NCBI GenBank assembly: GCA_965224195.1
Contig: OZ245040.1
Coordinates: forward strand, 1,472,001-1,536,000
Direction: 5' to 3'
DNA length: 64,000 bases
Origin: Nitrosopumilus sp.
GTDB taxonomy: Archaea; Thermoproteota; Nitrososphaeria; Nitrososphaerales; Nitrosopumilaceae
In this document: piece by piece, positions 15,816 through 25,800 of the stretch
Position numbering within the stretch: position 1 is the stretch's first letter
How the letters are laid out: every line of letters begins with the position of its first letter
The notes under the pieces: model-generated
What the model saw: only the letters and a program-made list of their open reading frames with translations
Told to the model about the DNA's origin: nothing
Database searches by the model: none
Translations under genes and position numbers: made by a program

Positions 15816-16637
15816 ATGGGGTTATTTGGTTCTAAAGTGGATACTGAAGATTTATTGTATAATGCCATGTCACTAATGGAAAAGAATCAGCCAAAGGGAG
15901 CCATTTCATTATTTAATAAAGTTCTAAAACAAGAATCAAAAAATACTTCAGCATTATTTAACAAAGGCCTATCTTTAAACCAGATAAAAAAATACAGTGA
16001 CGCAATAACATGTTTTGATATTTTGATAGAAATTAATTCCAAAAATTCTCAAGCATGGAATAACAAGGGCATAGCAATGGCAGAAAATGGAAACATACAA
16101 GCTGCTGCTGAATGTTATGATAAAGCAATAGAAGTAGATCCAAAAAATGCAGCATCTTATTTTAACAAAGGAGTACTATTAGACAAATTACAAGAACGAG
16201 AAGAAGCATTGCAAGTTTTAGATAAAGCAATTACAATAGAACCAAGGAAACCAAATGCGTTATTTTACAAAGGGATCATCTTAAGCAAAATGAAAAAACA
16301 CGAAGAAGCATTGAATTGTTTTAATTCAGTACACAAGAATAATCCTAGTCACATGGATGCATTTTTTCATAAAGGCATTGAACTTGCAGAATTAGATAAA
16401 CATGTTAAAGCAATTGAGATTTTTGATAAAATATTATCAAAACATAAAGACAATGTAAATATTATTTATGCAAAGTCAAGAAGTAAAGCTGCATTAGGAG
16501 AATACCCTCAAGCATTAGAATTGTTAAAACAATCAATCTCTAAAAATCCAAAAATCATTAGAAAATGGGCAAAAGAAGAACCTATTTTTAACAAGTTACA
16601 TTCCAATGATCAATTTAGAAAATTGGTTAAACTATAA
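15816..16637 (+). CDS. Tetratricopeptide repeat protein
   Basis: Multiple 34-aa TPRs (AWNNKG..A...YDKAIE.DP). Confidence 0.93.
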   Translation: MGLFGSKVDTEDLLYNAMSLMEKNQPKGAISLFNKVLKQESKNTSALFNKGLSLNQIKKYSDAITCFDILIEINSKNSQAWNNKGIAMAENGNIQAAAECYDKAIEVDPKNAASYFNKGVLLDKLQEREEALQVLDKAITIEPRKPNALFYKGIILSKMKKHEEALNCFNSVHKNNPSHMDAFFHKGIELAELDKHVKAIEIFDKILSKHKDNVNIIYAKSRSKAALGEYPQALELLKQSISKNPKIIRKWAKEEPIFNKLHSNDQFRKLVKL

Positions 16638-16668
16638 CACAACCAATTTAACTTCATAAGGCATAAAA

Positions 16669-16755
16669 TTAGTTTGTTAAAATATCAGTTCCACAATAAA
16701 TGCAAAAATAAGAGCCATTAGAAGGCCAATAATGTTCACAATCTGAATCAGTCAT
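16669..16755 (-). CDS. Putative 28-aa zinc-knuckle microprotein
   Basis: MTDSDCEHYWPSNGSYFCIYCGTDILTN (CxH...CxxCG). Confidence 0.4.
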   Translation of the reverse strand: MTDSDCEHYWPSNGSYFCIYCGTDILTN

Positions 16756-17444
16756 GTTGTATGTTTGAATATTAATTCAATAACTCCAAAGATCAGAATG
16801 TTATACAAACACAGAAAAAAAATTGATGTAAATTCTAAACACTTTTGAACTCAAAAAGAGTAGTTTTCCTTGGTTATTTTATATACAGATGATTTGCTGA
16901 GAAAATGCTGTAAAGTAGTTTATTGATAAAGATTGGAGGATAAAAAAGCATCTATTGGGGCCCTAAAAATCTGTCACCATCAAAATGAATCATATGTGAA
17001 GGCGCCTCTGCAATTCACACGTCTGCTCCCAAGAAATATTATTGAAATATTTCAACATCTACAAACTGCCTCAGCATTATTTTGTACATGAATCAGAAAT
17101 AGAGTTGAGTGGTGAAACAAAGGAATTGCTGATGGAGATTGTTGTTTAGTTATTGTAGATATCCCTCCCTTGCAAATGAAAGATCTTCTTTCAATGTTGA
17201 AACGTCTTCAATTAGATCAAATTCACCTGAAGGCACAACATTAATTGCTTGTTTGTGTTGGCCACATGACGTGATTGGATTTGGAATATGTGCGATGCAT
17301 TTTACATCTTTATCTGCGGCACGAATGTTGTTAGAATCATAGACAAATGATTTTGTTCTAAACAGAGCTCCCTCTTTATCTTGCACATCAAAAGAAAATG
17401 ATCCCCCAACAAATTCATAAACGGCAATAAATAAAAATAACAGA

Positions 17445-17846
17445 TTGAACCTTGAGGACTTTGGCAAGAAATGCAGGATAAGATATGATGTCCATAATGA
17501 GAGAATGTCTGACGGCATAATGCGTTTCTGCATATGATGCAGGGCTTCAGAATTATACGGCATATATTTACGAGACTGCCTCTGTTGCTATTTTTGCATC
17601 TATTCGCGGCAAAGACTTTGAGTTGCATGCGCTGTTGCATCTGTTATGAATATGCAGTATTCTAAATATCAAACTTTGGTGTACTTGGATAGTTTTTCAG
17701 ATTATGATGATCTTACTGTATGTTATTTTTTAGACCGGTTCAGGTTTGCTGTTGATGATTATACTGCAACACACCATGCACATTCTGAAAAGCTTGGCAT
17801 GTCTGTAATTGAGGATATTACCACGAATTTTCTAGAAAGGCAATAA
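17445..17846 (+). pseudogene. Frameshifted paralog of the 21352-21753 gene (unknown family)
   Basis: LNLEDFGKKCRIRYDVHNE... Shares upstream DNA and coding sequence with 21310-21410 and ends ...NFLERQ. Confidence 0.6.
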
Positions 17847-17856
17847 CTAATATCTG

Positions 17857-18746
17857 TTACAGTAAATTATGATCCACGCCAAGCAGTTCACGCTTTTTTG
17901 CCGCAAACTCTGACTCTGAAATCACGCCAAGCTCAAGCAGATCATGATACTTGCGGACTTGGCTTATCACATCATCAGAAGTACCGGTGCGTTTTAGTTT
18001 TTCCAAAAAATCTTTATTTTTTTTAACCGCAGTCTTGGCGCCTTGTACTATTTTTGGTGCCTCATGTCCGGCTGTCTGCCTTAGTGCAGACGTGGCAGAC
18101 TTTTTTCCTGATGTTGCAAGCCTGCTGCCATTAGAGTAAAATGACTTTATAAGATCAGTTAAAAATCCAATGCATTTGTTGCGGTAGTTGTTGGCACGAT
18201 CCCAGTCTCTTCTTGATTTGTGCCCGAATTTTTCAAGATTGTAGAGGCTAGTCCACTTGAACATATAGTAAATTATCAGCACAATTGAGCCAATGTACAC
18301 AATCCAATTCCACAGCACATCCAAAGAATAGGCTATGGCAAAAACCAGGTCCTCTGTATAATACTCCGGCAGCACATATCCTGATTCAACCCCATAAGCG
18401 AAGAGGCCCTCAACAAGGGATTCAATCGTATCTAAATATGAAAAATCTCCTCATCATCCAAAATTTCCTGCTTCATGTCGTCCTCAACAAGGGATTCAAT
18501 CGTATCTAAATATGAAAAATACCAAAAATCTACAAAATCAAGACTCTCTATATCCATGCTAGAAGCGTATAGCAGGCCATCTGCAATGTGTACCACAAAA
18601 ATATACAAAATAAACAAGACAATCCACTTGCGTGTCTTTTGCATTTTCTGAGTCCATAAGAGGCCAAAAATTGTAATTGAAGACACGCAGGCCCAAAAAC
18701 GACTCACTGGCCTTTCTGTTATATTTTGAGCTTTATGATCAGACAC
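17857..18746 (-). pseudogene. Membrane protein with C-terminal SHOCT domain, interrupted by an out-of-frame duplication
   Basis: ORFs 18432-18746 and 17857-18375; C-terminal RKYHDLLELGVISESEFAAKKRELL; 39-bp repeat at 18408-18446 and 18482-18520. Confidence 0.7.
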
Positions 18747-19006
18747 TGAACTGTGAAAATATGCAAGAAATAAAACAGTTGCTACTCATGTGTTATGTTA
18801 AAATAAAAAAATCTATCTGGATTAATATAAGAAATTGATATTATTACATCATCCCTGTTTTTGCAGTTTGAGTATTTTTTTAAGATACAATTTTTATTTT
18901 TATATTGTATGATGCATCGACATGAATTTTATAACATTGCGGTTTTATTTTACATTCATCCAAATTTACATCAATTACAACTTGTGATGTATAATAATAT
19001 CGAAAT

Positions 19007-19663
19007 TCATTTTTCAATACAATAGTTGAATGAATTCACACCATCAAACTCTATTTTTCCTATACATGGATCATAGATTTTTTTAAAATCCTCTGATCTA
19101 CTTATTGTCTTTATTCCTGCAAATGCACGAATGTTGGCATTGGGAAATGCATCTCTCAATCTATTTGCAGCACCAATGAATGTAGATCCCCTTGTTATAA
19201 AATCATCTATTAATAAAATTTCATCAGGTTCAGAAAGCTCTTTTTGAACTGCCATTGTATCATAATGTTCTTGAACTTTTGGTCTATTTGCACTTGAGCT
19301 TGTATGAGATTTTCGTAAAGGACTTGTACGTTCAAGACATGAACTAACTTTCTTTCCAAGACCATTATTCATTAAAGCAGTTGCTAAACGTTGTGGAATC
19401 CAAAGTGTGTTTGTTTGAGTAAGAGAACTACTTGGAATTGGAATAAGGATAGGATTTACTTTAAAGAAATCAGAAAAAGGAAGTTTTCCCAAATTATTTT
19501 TAATTCCTTTTGCTATGTATTCTGTCATCAGAATATTTTCTTTTTCTAAATATCCATCACTCTTCAATTTTGCTTTAAATGTTCTTGAACGAGCCTCCGC
19601 ATCTGTATTTCCACGAGGAGAATATGTAAGAAGAGACCCAAAAACAATCTTATTAATTTTCAT
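19007..19663 (-). CDS. Phosphoribosyltransferase (ComF/ShosT-like)
   Basis: LIPIPSS motif and the PRPP-binding loop ILLIDDFITRGST. Confidence 0.88.
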   Translation of the reverse strand: MKINKIVFGSLLTYSPRGNTDAEARSRTFKAKLKSDGYLEKENILMTEYIAKGIKNNLGKLPFSDFFKVNPILIPIPSSSLTQTNTLWIPQRLATALMNNGLGKKVSSCLERTSPLRKSHTSSSANRPKVQEHYDTMAVQKELSEPDEILLIDDFITRGSTFIGAANRLRDAFPNANIRAFAGIKTISRSEDFKKIYDPCIGKIEFDGVNSFNYCIEK

Positions 19664-19665
19664 AA

Positions 19666-20367
19666 TTATTGAAAAACATCAATTACTTCAAAACGTGTAG
19701 GGAGTACTTCAAGTATATCTGATGGATTAGATAATTCTACTGCCCCATGCTCAATCATCTCTATTGGCCAATCTAATTCTTTATCATTCACAACAGATTC
19801 CCAAATGAATAATGGTCTTCCCATTCTAAGTGTTGCCCATCCTTGATGTTTTGAACCACTTGTTTTACCTGCTTCTACAATTACGGAAGCATCAGAAATA
19901 AGTGCCATTGTTCTGTTTCGTATTACAAAATTTTTCCCAGTAATTGGATAACCTGTTGGGAATTGTGAAACTACTAGATGACTTTTCATTAATTCTTGTT
20001 GAAGCTCATAATTTATTTTTGGATATGCCTTGTTTAATGGTGTACCAATTACAGCAATAGTTTTTCCGTTCATGTTTAATGCTGTTACGTGTGCTGCAGT
20101 ATCAATTCCTTCAGCAAGTCCACTAACAATAATTACTTGATTTTCAATCAACACTTTTGCAATTTTTTGGGCATTCTCAATTCCATGTGTAGATGCTTTT
20201 CTGGAACCAACGATTGACACTTTTGGGCATGGTAGTGGAATATCTAAAGAACCTTTTACGAAAAGTTGTTCTGGATCAGCTTTTGATTCAATATTATTAA
20301 GTGGGCGACCTAGAAGTTGTGTCACATTAATTGATGAGTGCACTTTTTCTTCAAGCATTACTATCAT
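19666..20367 (-). CDS. DprA/Smf (SLOG) domain protein, short form
   Basis: VSIVGSR, IVSGLAEGIDTAAH, FVIRNRTMALIS, IVEAG..SGS. Confidence 0.92.
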   Translation of the reverse strand: MIVMLEEKVHSSINVTQLLGRPLNNIESKADPEQLFVKGSLDIPLPCPKVSIVGSRKASTHGIENAQKIAKVLIENQVIIVSGLAEGIDTAAHVTALNMNGKTIAVIGTPLNKAYPKINYELQQELMKSHLVVSQFPTGYPITGKNFVIRNRTMALISDASVIVEAGKTSGSKHQGWATLRMGRPLFIWESVVNDKELDWPIEMIEHGAVELSNPSDILEVLPTRFEVIDVFQ

Positions 20368-20397
20368 GTCTTATGAGATCTGGTCTTTTTAATACTT

Positions 20398-20748
20398 TTA
20401 CATCCAATCATTGATCGTCATCAGGCTTGTCTCTTTTAGACGCTGCAATTTCCTTATCCATTTTTTTAGAAACCAATTCCTTTGTAAAAGACTGAATATT
20501 TTTTCAGATTCCAAACAAGGTTCTACAAGTGCCAAACGAACATTCATGAGATCATAAAGTCGTTTAAAGTCATCTCGCAACAGCTGTTTTAGTTTTTTTA
20601 CCTCTCTTTGATCCTTTTTATGCTCCCAAAAAATTGAAATTGAAAACCCAAAGCCAGCTCCAAGTATTGCTCCGATAAATGCAAATATCATGCCGTAAAG
20701 TGATAGGAAAATCATGTAAAAAGCCTTTTTTCGCTCAAAAATTGCCAA
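20398..20748 (-). pseudogene. Truncated third copy of the membrane-anchored family at 32379 and 42537
   Basis: AFIGAILGAGFGFSISIFWEHKKDQRE...VEPCLESEK, then a frameshift. Confidence 0.75.
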
Positions 20749-21351
20749 CCATCATCATCATCATGTTACAGATGTCAGTCCATTATTCTTTTTTTCCCGA
20801 AAACAGCCCGTTGTAAATAATATGAATCCTCCAATTTTTATCATGGCATAACATTGCTACAATCGTTTCCATAATCCCCCCTAGGGTATTGAGATTAAAG
20901 GCGACAATAAGCGGTTGACAATTATTCAAATACCCCAAAAGGGTAAATAAATCATTCCAAGTTATTTTTTTAAAATGCGTTGTCGAATTTGCAGCATTGC
21001 TTTTAAAAATACAAGACGTAATTTTATACGGACAGAATACCGACTCTGTAAAAATTGCATGCATCTAATAGAGATTTTTATGTGGAATGGAGACAGGCTT
21101 GGGCAATAGCTGCAGTTAAAATAATTAATTTTTTATCAACCTTTTTTAGATCAATGGATAGATTGTCATATGCAATGCAACAGTATACAAGTATAACCAA
21201 TGTTCATATAATTTTAGCATATGAATGAAAATTGCATTTTTCAGAAAATTTTTACAAGTTCACGCAAATATTCGCCAAAAAGAGTGAATCCTTATTGCAT
21301 GCAGCAATGCCCCCAACAAATTCATAAGCGGCAGCAAATAAAAATTACAGA

Positions 21352-21753
21352 TTGAACCTTGAGGACTTTGGCAGAAAGTGCAAAATTAGATATGATGTCC
21401 ATAATGAGAAAGTGCATGGCGATATTGTTCGCTCCGTTTATGATGTCGAATTTGGCGAATATCTGGCTAGCATCTACGAGACCGTATCTGCCAGTATAAT
21501 TGTGTCAGTCAAGGGGGACTTTGACTTTGCATGTGCTGTTGTGGCCGTTTTGAGCAGACAGTACGCCCTTCTCTGGGAAATAATGAACTGTCAAGTCTTT
21601 TGCTTCTGCAAAGTTGTCCAGATATGCTATTGACTGGTATCTGGCGTGGCTGCAGCTGATGAGTACATTGCAGTGAACCATCCAAAGTCTGAAAGAATAG
21701 AGATGTCAGAAATCGAATCCATTGCCGCAAGGTTTCTCAAAAGGCAGAGGTAG
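21352..21753 (+). pseudogene. Hypothetical gene (paralog of 17445-17846), frameshifted
   Basis: 93-aa ORF; the paralogous C-terminus (...ADEYIAVNHPKSERIEMSEIESIAARFLKRQR) continues in other frames. Confidence 0.55.
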
Positions 21754-21907
21754 GCCCTGCTGCACATTGCAGCCCCAGATCTTATATTGCAGCTGATTCC
21801 ATTGCATCAATTCCAGATGGTCCTTAGATTATTTTGGACAATTCTGACGTTCCTAGCTGGGTCTGAATCAATCCAGGAAATGGGGAAATGGCCAGGGCTT
21901 GGGTTTA

Positions 21908-22720
21908 TCAAAGATCACTGGCATTTGCCGGGGCCGCAGCAGATGCAGAGGAGGCCAATTTTGCTGCCTCTTCTTTTCGGCGCTGGTCGTATTTTTTTCT
22001 GTATTCTTTTACCTCGGGGCGCTGGCTGTATTCCTTTTGATGCTTTTTTCTGTATTCCTTTACCTCGGGGCGCTGTCTGTATTTTTTTTGATGCTTTTTT
22101 CTGCGCTCCTTTACCTCGGGTAGCTGGTCGTATTTTTTTCTGTATTCCTTTGTCTCGGGTAGCTGGCTGTATTCCTTTTGATGCTTTTTTCTGTATTCCT
22201 TTACCTCGGGGCGCTGGCGGTATTTTTTTTGATGCTTTTTTCTGCGCTCCTTTGTCTCGGGGAGCTGGTCGTATTTTTTTATCTTCTCCTTTGTCTCGGG
22301 TAGCTGGCTGTATTTTTTTATCTTCTCCTTTGTCTCGGGTAGCTGGCGGTATTTTTTTCTGCGCTCCTTTGTCTCGGGTAGCTGGCTGTATTTTTTTATC
22401 CTCTCCTTTACCTCGGGTAGCTGGCTGTATTTTTTTATCCTCTCCTTTACCTCGGGTCGCTGGTCGTATTTTTTTCTGCGCTCCTTTGTCTCGGGTCGCT
22501 GGTCGTATTTTTTTTTGTATTCTTTTACCTCAGGGCGCTGGCTGTATTTTTTTATGTATTTCTTTTGATATTCCTTTTGATATTTTTCACTACACGCAGG
22601 CGAGCAGTTCTTCTTTTTTGCAATTGTACTGCACCTGAACACCCTCATACATGTCACACATTTTCTGTCTTCACTTAACTTGATTTTAATTCGTCCTCCT
22701 CCTCCTCTCGCTTTTGGCAT
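21908..22720 (-). CDS. Zinc-finger protein with highly basic 13/17-aa tandem repeats
   Basis: CVTC...CSPAC, then about 14 PE(V/T)KE(Y/R/K)xKKYxQ(R/L) units (39/51-nt repeats, about 21985-22545). Confidence 0.7.
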   Translation of the reverse strand: MPKARGGGGRIKIKLSEDRKCVTCMRVFRCSTIAKKKNCSPACSEKYQKEYQKKYIKKYSQRPEVKEYKKKYDQRPETKERRKKYDQRPEVKERIKKYSQLPEVKERIKKYSQLPETKERRKKYRQLPETKEKIKKYSQLPETKEKIKKYDQLPETKERRKKHQKKYRQRPEVKEYRKKHQKEYSQLPETKEYRKKYDQLPEVKERRKKHQKKYRQRPEVKEYRKKHQKEYSQRPEVKEYRKKYDQRRKEEAAKLASSASAAAPANASDL

Positions 22721-22865
22721 AATTATATTTTTTCTGCTGCTGCTGCTCTCTTGATCATGATAAATTCCAGATGCATCTAGGGAACATTGACTGAAATTTT
22801 TTGCATAGCCCTGGGCATTTTTGTGGCATTTAAAAAAAGAAAAAGGGGGAAATTTGAACTAGTTT

Positions 22866-25800
22866 CTAACTCACAGTTATCGTTATATCGACTGGAGGAC
22901 TTAGCGCAGTTGGTTTATCAACTGACTCCCATGCAAATGCAGTAACAGAAAAGCTACCACTTTGTGGTGGAATCCATGATAGTGCCGGTGCAAATGATTG
23001 ACCAGGATTCAATGAACCTTTAAGCCATGCCAATGAAACGGTTACCCCGGTTTCATCTTGAATCTGTACCAAGTATGCAAATGCTTGCTCTCTGTCCTGA
23101 CCATTACTCAAATCAGCTGTTATCTCCACCTGTTGATCAACGGAGACAGCATCCAAGCTGTTTCCAAATGCATCAACTGTTCTCAAGTTAGTAATTGGTA
23201 CTCTCTCAAGAGGTGGTACTACAGTACCGATTAGGGTAGTGGCAGTGACATCAAGCTCGTCTGCAGTTGTGTACGGATTTGGAAGTGTATTGTCCCCATA
23301 TTCTGCGGTGACAGTGTCACCTTCTGCGACTCTGAGTCTGTGGCCGGATGATCCGTCGGTAATTGTGAAGAACACAGTACCTTCGAATATTCCAGTTGCC
23401 TCATTAGTCTCAGTTACAGTAAGGGCAATACCTCCAGAATCCGAATCAGAGTACACGTCAACGGTAAAGTTGTCGACTGATTCTGGATTTAAGTTCATGT
23501 CTGGGTCAATAATTCGCAAAACACCTGTTCCGCTAGCTGGATAGCTTGCCTCAAGCCATTGTACCTCACCAATATTCCATCTAATTAATGATGAACCGAT
23601 TACTGTTTCATCCTCTGAGTATTCAAAGGATACGGACAGTCCGTCATCATCAGCAGCAGGCAAGTATCCACTTGTTGGACCTGCTCCTCTAGCTTGGTTG
23701 GATATCACATCATTACCTGATGCATCACCAGTTGTACTGTCACCATCAGCATTGTGTGGAAATCCTGTTAGGATTACTTCACCTGTAAATATGCCTGTGT
23801 CAGCACCAGTCTCGACTAGCTTGTATTTGTCAAGATTAGATCCTCTGGTAGAGACCTTTATGGGGTCTGCATCAGTATTTCCAATCTCATCAATCAAGTC
23901 GCCATCGAAGTTATGATCTGGAGCTACTATGGTAATGTAGACTTTGTCAGTCCATGTGTAGACTTTTTGGTCAAGTTCTATCGTTGCGCCAAAGTTGGAT
24001 GTGAAGAGTTTGACATTTACGTCCTCATCTTCATGTCCTACATAATTGGCACCACTTGGACCCCAGTCAGTATACTCGAGTTCGATCTCTTCGCCTCGTT
24101 CAAGTCCAGCATCGTTTATAGATTCTGGAATCTCAATTACAATCTGGAAGATGCCTGTAGCATCACCTGTTTCTCTTAGATTAGATGGCTCAGGATCAAA
24201 GGCTGCAGGATCATCACCATGGTTACCCATGGTAGTGGTTGCTGCACTAGAGTCCCATTCAATCAAATCCAAGTTATATGTTTCTGCCTGGTCATTGTCC
24301 AGATCAAAGTCTGGTTCAATGAGGGTTAGAATCATATCTGAACCGATAATGTATACAGACTTGTCAGTTTGTAGTACACCGTTTCTAAGGTCAAATGTTG
24401 CGGAGTCAGTAATTGTGTTAGCGTCACCGGATGCATCAGTAGGATCATTGTACTCTACAGTAAGAATATCTCCTTGTAGGATACAATGTTTGTTACTTGT
24501 AGTAGCTTCTGTTCCATTATAGATATGCTCGACAGCCTTATCAGTACTGGTTGGACAAGAGTTATTCTCAGGTCCATCAGTGTATGCTATTTTCAAGTCC
24601 AGTTCAAAGATTCCACTGTCAGGTGAAGTCTCTGTGATTGGACCATATTCTTTTGTCTTTACTTCTTTTGTCTTTTCATCTCTTATAATTTCAGAGCCAC
24701 TAGTAATTTGACCACTGTTTGCATCTTTAGCACCGGCAGTTCCAAGCAGCATAGTTTCAGAGCCTCTAGTAACCATGACCTTTACAGGACCATATGGTTT
24801 ATCTACAGCGATTTTATCCTGACCACTTCCAGAGACATCGAAATCCGGATCATTTACTCTGACATGTATAGTCAGAATACCTGAATCCAAGTGACGTCCT
24901 TCATCTGTTACTGAATCGTCTTTGCCAATTCCAGTAGCATGTATTGGGAAGTATGATTTGGATAAATCGGATGGATCGGATATATATGGTTGACCAAATG
25001 GAACTGGGTAGACAGTTCTATCAAAGGATACAGAACCAGTAGTGGCTCTAATCCCTGCGCTGTCTCCAACTTCAATTGTTTCACCAGATTTATCTCTAAA
25101 GTCTTGATAGTTTACCTCCATGTCAAGTCCAGTTACACTTTCTGCACTATCCTTAGTAGGACAGTATTTGTCTGGAATTTGGAAGTTTGTGGTAAAGACA
25201 CCTGTGTCCTTTCCAGTCTCCTGCAAACTGCTAATTACATTACCAAGTCCATCAATGTCCTTGGTTATGTCATTCTTATCAGTTACAGAACATCTCTTCC
25301 AAGCCTTGTCATCAAAGGTTACATCTAATACCAAAGCTCTTTTGTTTCCTAGGAGGCCTATAGTATCAACTGCTTCTCTTCTGTCATCTTTTTTATCACT
25401 GCTTACAACAGTGTAAATATCAATGACATCACTATCAGTGTTCAAGTCTCTGTCTTCTAGCGTAATTGTAACGGTATCGGCTACTTTGTAGTTGTCACCA
25501 TCAAAGGAAACCACACCTGAATATGTCGGAGCATCAATCTGAGCTGATGTCTGGGTTTCAACACCCTGTCCATCTCTATCTAGATAAATTAGCTCTACTG
25601 CGTCTTCGTCTGTCATATCTTCAGCAACAATAATATCCAGATCGACACCAATGGTGTCAAGTCCAGTAAATGTTGATTCTTTGAAGATGTTGATTTGATT
25701 TAGCATTACATATTCTAGCGTACCGCTATAAATGCCTGTGTTTGTACCAGTCTCTTCTGCTTCTAATCTGTATATTGCATCGTTGTATCTTGTGCCGTCT

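Noticed and set aside
19007-20367. Natural-competence dprA/comF locus
   Set aside because: DprA is core-only, the PRTase lacks the ComF zinc finger, there are no uptake genes, and the pair sits in an island. Disfavoured, not excluded.
21787-22638. 283-aa hydrophobic repeat ORF on the + strand
   Set aside because: Antisense shadow of the Lys-rich repeat gene, which has an ATG start and a Zn-finger motif.
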